DNA of 32,000 nucleotides. It comes from Promethearchaeum syntrophicum (GTDB taxonomy: Archaea > Asgardarchaeota > Lokiarchaeia > Sigyniarchaeales > Promethearchaeaceae). Made by a program: the position numbers and the translations under genes. The first letter of the stretch is position 1; every line of letters starts with the position of its first letter. Shown here in pieces: positions 25,545 to 32,000 of the stretch. The notes beneath the pieces were generated by a model. That model did not search any database and was not told where the DNA came from. It saw only the letters and a list, made by a program, of their open reading frames with translations. The stretch is from the NCBI RefSeq assembly GCF_008000775.2, contig NZ_CP042905.2:2160001-2192000 (forward strand). The letters are read 5' to 3'.

Positions 25545-26921
25545 ATGAAACGATTTTTTTATCCTCAAACGATTGCTGTTATAGGTGCCACCGACGACCC
25601 GAAAAAGTTTGGAAATGCAGTTACAAGTAATTTACTCTCAAATAAGCAATTAAAAGCTCAAGTTTTTCCAATTTCCAGAAATAATCCAACAGTGAGTGGT
25701 TTAAAAGCATATAAATCTGTCACTGATGTTCCTGTAGAATTAGATCTTGCGATTATTTTAGTACCTGCACAAGTAGTACCAACTATTGTTGATCAGTGTA
25801 TTGAAAAAAAAGTAGCGCGAATTATTATAGTGACGGCTGGATTTGGAGAAATTAATAACGAAGGTAAAAAAATCGAACAACAGATGTTAGAAAAATCAAA
25901 AAGTGCGGGAACAAGAATAATTGGGCCGAATTGTGTTGGAATTCAAAATATTGACATTGAAATGAATGCTAGTTTTATTCAATCACCAATTCCAGGTAAT
26001 ATCAGCATGGTTTCTCAATCTGGATCATTTGGGTGTGCAGTTATTGATGGAATGAAATGGCAAAATTGTGGTCTATCCAAGTTTGCAAATATTGGGAATG
26101 CAATTGATGTTTCGTTTGATGATATTATTAATTATTTCAAAGAGGATGAGAATTCTAAAGTAATTGCGGTTTATCTTGAATCAGTAAAAAATGGGAAAGC
26201 ATTTTTTAACAGTTTAAAAGAAATATCTCCTAAAAAACCCGTAGTTGTGTTAAAAGGGGGACGTACAAGTGCTGGTATGGCTGCTGCTGGAAGCCATACA
26301 GGATCCATTGCATCTAATTATACAATATTAAAAACTGCTGTAGAACAAGCCGGAGCAACTATGTGTACAACAATTGAAGAATATATTATTGCTCTAAAGA
26401 CTTTTTCGTATTTAAGTTTGCCAAGAGGAAATAAAATCGGTGTATTGACAAACAGTGGCGGAACAGGGGTGTTATTTAGTGATAAGGCTGAAGAATTGGA
26501 TTTAAAATTATCAGAGTTCTCAGATCATTTAAAGGATAAATTAAAACCTCACCTTTTCAATTTGGTTCAAATTGTAAATCCCTTGGATATGATTGCGGGA
26601 GCTCGTGAGAAAGAATATTATGAAATCACTAAAGCTATGTTAGAAGAAGATTCTGGGATTGATATTGTAGTCGCTTGTGGTGTTTATCCTCCCTTTTTAG
26701 GAATGAAATTTGAGAATAATTATAGGGGTATAATCCGTGCGTGGAATGATACCGGTCGCAAAAAACCAATTATTCCTTTGTTAGTTTTTGGTAATGGTTA
26801 TGATGCTATTATTGAATTCGCGCGCCAAGAAAATGTTCCCTATTTTTCAAGTCCTTCTGAAGCAGCCTATGCAGTGAAAATATTAATTCAAAGGATGGAA
26901 TACATGAGTAAAAATAAGTAG
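25545..26921 (+). CDS. acdA: ADP-forming acetyl/acyl-CoA synthetase, alpha subunit (CoA-binding + succinyl-CoA-synthetase-like domains)
   Basis: PQTIAVIGATDDPKKFG CoA-binding start, RIIGPNCVG, SQSGSFG, and the phosphohistidine segment AAAGSHTGSIAS. No adjacent ATP-grasp beta subunit is present in this window. Confidence 0.85.
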   Translation: MKRFFYPQTIAVIGATDDPKKFGNAVTSNLLSNKQLKAQVFPISRNNPTVSGLKAYKSVTDVPVELDLAIILVPAQVVPTIVDQCIEKKVARIIIVTAGFGEINNEGKKIEQQMLEKSKSAGTRIIGPNCVGIQNIDIEMNASFIQSPIPGNISMVSQSGSFGCAVIDGMKWQNCGLSKFANIGNAIDVSFDDIINYFKEDENSKVIAVYLESVKNGKAFFNSLKEISPKKPVVVLKGGRTSAGMAAAGSHTGSIASNYTILKTAVEQAGATMCTTIEEYIIALKTFSYLSLPRGNKIGVLTNSGGTGVLFSDKAEELDLKLSEFSDHLKDKLKPHLFNLVQIVNPLDMIAGAREKEYYEITKAMLEEDSGIDIVVACGVYPPFLGMKFENNYRGIIRAWNDTGRKKPIIPLLVFGNGYDAIIEFARQENVPYFSSPSEAAYAVKILIQRMEYMSKNK

Positions 26922-26977
26922 AAAAGAAAAAAAATTAATAGATTAATATAATTAATCAATTATTGTAAGGTAGAAAC

Positions 26978-27196
26978 TTAGTAAAACTCAATTGCTAAAG
27001 CCATATCTCCTTTGGAGATCTTCTTTCGTTTTGAGTGTTTAGCGAAATTTAACGCCATTGCTGTGAGTTTCTTGCTACGATTTTCTAAATAATTCAATAA
27101 TGCTTCAACAGCATCTCGGCTGACAATTTGTGCACCCGATTTTTTCATTAAGGCCCGTAGTGGGGACCATGCAAATGCTCTTCTTTTCTTTGCCAT
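26978..27196 (-). CDS. archaeal histone (HMf-type histone fold) with short basic N-terminal extension
   Basis: 72 aa. SPLRALMKKSGAQIVSRDAVEALLNYLENRSKKLTAMALNFAKHSKRKKISKGDMALAIEF is collinear with the HMfB helices alpha1-L1-alpha2-L2-alpha3. It is preceded by MAKKRRAFAW. Confidence 0.9.
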   Translation of the reverse strand: MAKKRRAFAWSPLRALMKKSGAQIVSRDAVEALLNYLENRSKKLTAMALNFAKHSKRKKISKGDMALAIEFY

Positions 27197-27846
27197 GATT
27201 TTTCATTCTCCGCTTAGAATATAAGATTTTGTAGAAAATTGTATCTTTTCGTTTTTTTCGAAATAAATATCCAAAAAGGCTACAATCTAAGTAAAATATA
27301 GTAATTTATCTTTTTAAAGGTTTGGGAGATTTGGGGTAAAAATCTTATCCAAATTCAATGGATCGGAAATTCTATCGACAAAAATCTTTGATCCAGAAAA
27401 CCAAATCTTATAATTTCCACGCTCGGGAATATCAAAATTGGGGAAAAAATAAAGATCGATCTGGGAAAATTGAGGGATGTTATAATATTAAGAAATTTGG
27501 AAATATTTTAAATTAAGGGTAAAAAAGTTTTATTGATTAATTAGAATCTTCAATATTCCTTTATGATTTTTAATACCAATTTATTAGATTAATGGAATTG
27601 ATATCATTTAGGAAAAATTAAGAAAAAATTTTTAAAATGATATCGAGATTTATAAAAAGATCGAATCATTAAATTATCCAAATTTGATGAGAATTAACTA
27701 CATCGATTACTAAAATAATTGGGATGGATAAAAAATCATATTAAAGGCGATAATCAATCAATACTACAGATTTCTTAGAATATAAAAAAACTATTATTAA
27801 TTTCTTCATTGAAGAATGATTTTTTTATTAGCAATTCAAAAATATT

Positions 27847-29013
27847 ATGATGGAAGAAAATCTTGAAAATTGGATAATTTTATTAGATTGCACAAAATCC
27901 ATGAATAGAGAAGATTTTCCTCCAAATAGATTCCAAACTGCATTAAGTGGAATCAAAATCTTTATTGAAGAAAAATCTAAGGCATTAAAGAAAGTTAGAA
28001 TATCCATAATCACATTTAATAAAAAAATTTCAGTTGTTTCTGAGTTGACTGATGATGTTGATTCAACCATTGAATTAATTTCAAATAAAAAATTTAAAAA
28101 AATGAATCTCTCATCAGGTTCAATAAATATGTTGGATAATGCATTAAATGAAGCATTAGAGATTCTTGGTCAACAAATTCAAAATATTTCTGGATTTTAT
28201 AATTGTATATTGTTAATTTCTGATACGGAAGATCTTAATATTTCGGAAAAAACCCAAAAAAAAATCAAAGGATTACAAATTTCGATAAATATTATAACAT
28301 TTTCACTTGAGAAAAATAACGCTAATATGTATTTTCCATTGAAAGCTCAACATTTTACTACTAAACAAGATCTTTTGAATGGAATGAAGGAACTTGCCTT
28401 ATTAAAAAAAAAAGAAAAAAATAATGCTCAACATTTTTCAGAAATAATGTTAGAACATGGAAAAAAAACTCGCGATTTCATGGAAGAAATTGCTTTAAAA
28501 TTGAGATATCCAACACTTGATGAATTAATCAAATTTAATAAGAAATCAAGAAAAATCAATTGCCAAATATGTTTCAGCAAAATTTCCCCCATTAAAAAAT
28601 ATTCACTTTATAAAACTGGAAGATTATGCCCCCATTGTGGGACGCCAATGCACCTTCATTGTGCGGGAACATGGGCTCTTAAATCATCAGAACACAAAGG
28701 TTTATTCAGATGCCCATATTGTTATACTCTTCTAAAAATTCCGGGAGCAATTTTAAATGGTCTTAATAAAAAAAGCAATAAAAAAGAAGGATCAGAATCT
28801 AAAAAACAATTAGTTAAAATGATTGTTATTGGACCTGAAAAACTTAAACAGAAATATTCTGATTGCTTGTATTGTTTTAAACCAATAAAAAATGTTTCAT
28901 TTCAGAAAACTTTTCAATGCAGTAATTGTAAAGCATATTTTCATAAAAAATGCCTGGAAGAGATGTATAAATTAGATAAAAAATGTTTAAATTGCAATGG
29001 AAATATTGTTTAG
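27847..29013 (+). CDS. von Willebrand factor A (vWA) domain protein with two C-terminal C4HC3 RING/PHD-type zinc fingers
   Basis: N-terminal WIILLDCTKSMNREDFPPNRFQ (a MIDAS-like DxTxS; it resembles the Rpn10 vWA segment IDNSEWMRNGDY.PSRFQ) and LLISDTED. Finger 1 spans aa 239-292: C-x2-C-x18-C-x2-C-x4-H-x2-C-x16-C-x2-C. Finger 2 spans aa 340-383: C-x2-C-x14-C-x2-C-x4-H-x2-C-x10-C-x2-C. Confidence 0.75.
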   Translation: MMEENLENWIILLDCTKSMNREDFPPNRFQTALSGIKIFIEEKSKALKKVRISIITFNKKISVVSELTDDVDSTIELISNKKFKKMNLSSGSINMLDNALNEALEILGQQIQNISGFYNCILLISDTEDLNISEKTQKKIKGLQISINIITFSLEKNNANMYFPLKAQHFTTKQDLLNGMKELALLKKKEKNNAQHFSEIMLEHGKKTRDFMEEIALKLRYPTLDELIKFNKKSRKINCQICFSKISPIKKYSLYKTGRLCPHCGTPMHLHCAGTWALKSSEHKGLFRCPYCYTLLKIPGAILNGLNKKSNKKEGSESKKQLVKMIVIGPEKLKQKYSDCLYCFKPIKNVSFQKTFQCSNCKAYFHKKCLEEMYKLDKKCLNCNGNIV

Positions 29014-29019
29014 ATTAAT

Positions 29020-30024
29020 ATGAAAGTTCTTATCACTGGAGCTACGGGTTTTATTGGAGGAGATTTGGTAAAAGAAAACATCAATAAAGGGAATATCGTC
29101 AAAGTATTAGTTTTGAAAGATGATCCTGGAGAAAATTTACTACGTGAGAAGGGTGTTGAAATAGTAATCGGGGACATTGCAAATTATTCTGATGTCGAAA
29201 AAGCTTGTGAAGGCGTTGATGTAATTTTCCATTGTGCTGGGATTGTAACTGATTTTGCCCCTTATCAACTCTATGTTGATGTTAATGTAATAGGAATGGA
29301 AAATATCTGCAAAGCAGCTGTAAAGGTTCAAGTTAAACGCTTAGTTTATATGTCAACGAATGATGTTTTTGGACCAATTGAAGATGTTGTAATAGATGAA
29401 ACTTTTCCATTAAAAAAATGGGGTGAACCGTACCCAGATACTAAAATTGAAGCAGAAGAAATCGCTTGGAAGTATTATAGGGAGAATAAATTGCCTGTGA
29501 CTATGGTATATGGTTGTTGGGTATTTGGAATTGGGGATAAAACATTTGTTCCTTTAGTGGCGGATTCCATAGTGAAAAAAGAACTTATTTTCTGGAGAAA
29601 GAATGTCCATGTCTGGCCAAATTACATTGAAAATCTTGTTGATCTTTTAATGCTCATATCAGAAGATGAACGTGCTATTGGAAATGGTTATCTTGTTCAT
29701 GATGGAGAAATGGTTACTTTTCAAGATTTTTGCAAGCAAATCGCCGAGACATTAGGTGTTAAACCTATTAAAACCCATATTCCTTACTTATTGGCAAAAA
29801 TGGCTGGTTGGATTTTAGAGAAATGGTGGAGAGTTACTAAAAAAAAGACAAGACCTCTCCTAACAACCTATACCGTCACAAATTTAGGTTCGAGGTTGAA
29901 TTTTTCAATTGAAAAAGCTGAAAGAGAATTGGGATGGGTTCCAAAGATTCCCTTTAAAGATGGTATGGAAAAAACCATGATTTGGCTTAAAACTCTGGAT
30001 TTGGAGACGTTAAAAGAAAAATAA
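29020..30024 (+). CDS. NAD(P)-dependent epimerase/dehydratase (extended SDR) family protein
   Basis: MKVLITGATGFIGG Rossmann motif, catalytic YPDTK (YxxxK), 334 aa. It starts 6 nt after the vWA-RING stop. Confidence 0.88.
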   Translation: MKVLITGATGFIGGDLVKENINKGNIVKVLVLKDDPGENLLREKGVEIVIGDIANYSDVEKACEGVDVIFHCAGIVTDFAPYQLYVDVNVIGMENICKAAVKVQVKRLVYMSTNDVFGPIEDVVIDETFPLKKWGEPYPDTKIEAEEIAWKYYRENKLPVTMVYGCWVFGIGDKTFVPLVADSIVKKELIFWRKNVHVWPNYIENLVDLLMLISEDERAIGNGYLVHDGEMVTFQDFCKQIAETLGVKPIKTHIPYLLAKMAGWILEKWWRVTKKKTRPLLTTYTVTNLGSRLNFSIEKAERELGWVPKIPFKDGMEKTMIWLKTLDLETLKEK

Positions 30025-30059
30025 CAAATTTTTTCTTTTCTAAAATTATTATAAAATCT

Positions 30060-32000
30060 ATGGTTAAAAAACGAAAATGGGTAATAACTAGTGCATGGCC
30101 ATATGTGTCTGCCACCCCACACTTGGGAAACATGATAGGAAGTGTTCTTTCAGGTGATGTTTTTACGCGCTATCTTCGCTCTAAAGGTGATGAAGTATTA
30201 TACGTATCCGGTAGCGATACTCATGGAACTCCCGTGATGGTAGCTGCCATAGAGGAAAAAACGACCCCAGAAAAACTTGCTCCGAAAAATCATGCTATAA
30301 TTAAAGAATTATTTCAAAAATGGTTAATATCCTATGATAATTATACTCAAACTCATAATCCAACTCACATAAAGTTTATTCAAGACTTTTATAGACAAGT
30401 TGAAAAAAATGGATTCGTAACTTCAAAGGAGGAAGAAATGTTCTATTGTGAGTATGATAAACTATTTTTACCTGATAGATACATAGAAGGAATATGTCCT
30501 CACTGCAGTTCTGAATTTGCTAGAGGTGATCAATGTGATGCATGTGGTAAATTACTCGAACCAGAAGAATTAATTAATCCTCACTGTAAACAATGTAAGA
30601 AATCACCAATTAAAAAAAAAACAAGACATTGGTATCTGGATTTTAGTAAAACCGAAGAAGAAATCCATAATTTTGTTGTCAATAATGAACACCTACCTCC
30701 AAATGCTCGTTCAGCTTCATTAAATTTCTTGAAAGAAGGATTACCTACCCGTTCTATTACACGCGATTTAGATTGGGGGATTCCCGCTCCATTTGATGGT
30801 GCAGAAGGAAAAACCATTTATGTTTGGTTTGAAGCTGTATTGGGTTATATATCAGCAGTAAAAGAATGGGCAGAGAAAATTAAGAAGGATCCTAAAAAGT
30901 TCCAATATTTTTGGAACGATCCAAAGACTAGATCAGTTTATTTTATTGGAAAGGATAATATTATTTTTCATTTAATTATATTTCCCGGACTTTTAATTGC
31001 GTATAATAAAAATCTTCCAAAAAACGAACAATTCACAATGCCTTTCAATGTGAGTTCTACAGAATTTCTTAACTATGAAAATAATAAATTCTCTAAATCA
31101 AGAGGGGTAGGTATATGGATTGATGACGCACTAGAATTAGCTCCCATCGAATATTGGCGCTATTCTTTGTTGCGAAATCGCCCTGAAAAGCAGGATTCTA
31201 ATTTTCTGTGGTCCCAATTTGAAAAAGATATTCTCGAATTAAATGATATCATTGGAAATTTTATACACCGAACTCTTTCATTTATTCATAAGAATTATGA
31301 TAGCAAAGTACCTAATGCCCCTCCTGATGAACAAATTGATGAAGAGGACAAAAAACTAATAAAAACAATTAAATCTTCTTCAAAACGAGTTGGAGATTTG
31401 TTTGAACGTTTTAAAATAAAAGATGCTCTGAATGAAATCATATCAATATCACGTAAAGGAAATATTTACATTAACAACAAAGCCCCTTGGAAAATGATTA
31501 AAGAAAATAAAGAAAAAGCGGGTTATACCTTTTATTTTGCAATACAATTGGTTAGAACAATCGGAATATTACTTGAACCTTTCATTCCAAATATTTCCGA
31601 ACAAATTTTGAAGAATATTGGTAGTTCTGAAAAATTATCCAAAGGACTTTGGAATTCCGCATCAAAATTAAAAGTGCCTTCAAACCAGACAATCCCAAAA
31701 CCCAAACCATTATTTCAAAAAATTGATGTTAAAGAAATTCAAAAGAAATTAGCAAAAATGCATGGAAAATCTGAAGGAAATGAAAAAAATCTTACTGAAA
31801 AAGAAGAAATACCCGAGATTGATTATGAAGATTTTCAAAAGCTTAAATTTCGCATTGGGACTATTATAGAAGCAGAATTAGTTCCAGATACAAAAAATTT
31901 GATTAAATTAATAGTCGATACAGGTGAAACTGAAAAAAGAACAATAGTTGCAGGGATTGGGAAAAATTATTCACCCGATGAATTAATTGATACTCAAGTT
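30060..32000 (+). CDS. metG: methionine--tRNA ligase (partial; continues beyond the window end)
   Basis: Hand translation from the ATG at 30060 stays open to 32000 (647 codons). The gene is absent from the ORF track because no stop lies in the window. Motifs seen: WPYVSATPHLGN (HIGH-type), Zn knuckles CPHC...CDACG and NPHCKQC, KFSKSRG (KMSKS), and a C-terminal FRIGTIIEAELVPDTKNLIKLIVDTG tRNA-binding (Trbp111/EMAPII-like) domain. Confidence 0.9.
   Translation, partial: MVKKRKWVITSAWPYVSATPHLGNMIGSVLSGDVFTRYLRSKGDEVLYVSGSDTHGTPVMVAAIEEKTTPEKLAPKNHAIIKELFQKWLISYDNYTQTHNPTHIKFIQDFYRQVEKNGFVTSKEEEMFYCEYDKLFLPDRYIEGICPHCSSEFARGDQCDACGKLLEPEELINPHCKQCKKSPIKKKTRHWYLDFSKTEEEIHNFVVNNEHLPPNARSASLNFLKEGLPTRSITRDLDWGIPAPFDGAEGKTIYVWFEAVLGYISAVKEWAEKIKKDPKKFQYFWNDPKTRSVYFIGKDNIIFHLIIFPGLLIAYNKNLPKNEQFTMPFNVSSTEFLNYENNKFSKSRGVGIWIDDALELAPIEYWRYSLLRNRPEKQDSNFLWSQFEKDILELNDIIGNFIHRTLSFIHKNYDSKVPNAPPDEQIDEEDKKLIKTIKSSSKRVGDLFERFKIKDALNEIISISRKGNIYINNKAPWKMIKENKEKAGYTFYFAIQLVRTIGILLEPFIPNISEQILKNIGSSEKLSKGLWNSASKLKVPSNQTIPKPKPLFQKIDVKEIQKKLAKMHGKSEGNEKNLTEKEEIPEIDYEDFQKLKFRIGTIIEAELVPDTKNLIKLIVDTGETEKRTIVAGIGKNYSPDELIDTQV

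Noticed and set aside
27358-27516. 52-codon basic ORF (MDRKFYRQKSLIQKTK...) in the 650-bp spacer as a small protein gene
   Set aside because: It has no SD-like motif at the proper spacing. A rough estimate suggests that about one stop-free stretch of this length is expected by chance across six frames of a 650-bp AT-rich spacer. It has no motif.
28440-28540. Possible ubiquitin-interacting motif (DFMEEIALKLRY) between the vWA and the first RING/PHD finger, by analogy with Rpn10
   Set aside because: The spacing does not fit the UIM consensus (acidic run, then L-x-x-A-L-x-x-S). The Ala is displaced and the conserved Ser is absent.
1-32000. CRISPR arrays, IS elements, integrases, prophage or defence islands, and in-frame TGA selenoprotein genes
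   Set aside because: I could see no regularly spaced direct repeats and no transposase, integrase or Cas-like ORFs. No pair of adjacent same-frame ORFs is separated by a single TGA. Composition looks uniform across the window.

Overview
Visibly AT-rich, densely coding archaeal chromosomal segment. I call about 31 protein genes and one intron-containing tRNA. I found no rRNA, CRISPR array or recognisable mobile element. Housekeeping and metabolic content includes an archaeal histone, a CDC48 AAA+ ATPase, MetRS (runs off the 3' end and is missing from the ORF track), an IMPase/FBPase, PSTK (a selenocysteine pathway marker), corrinoid adenosyltransferase, and an aromatic amino-acid fermentation set (tyrosine phenol-lyase-like lyase, iorB-iorA, ADP-forming acyl-CoA synthetase alpha). 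Several proteins of eukaryotic-signature type sit among these, which suggests an Asgard (Loki-like) archaeon; this is inference from gene content only. They are two tandem Rab-like small GTPases, a V4R (Bet3/TRAPP-ancestor) protein, a longin-like/coiled-coil/winged-helix protein, a gelsolin-like protein with an unknown C-terminal domain, and a vWA protein with two C4HC3 RING/PHD-type fingers. The best candidates for something undescribed are three. (1) The 6.6-9.8 kb cluster places Rab-like GTPases next to the two folds that build the eukaryotic TRAPP Rab-GEF core. (2) A membrane-anchored extracellular caspase-fold protein has a CUB-like domain inserted between the catalytic His and Cys, followed by calcium-binding repeats, a TM helix and a cytoplasmic zinc ribbon. 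(3) The vWA plus double RING/PHD protein lies beside the histone gene. All domain calls come from motif reading by eye; no database search was possible.
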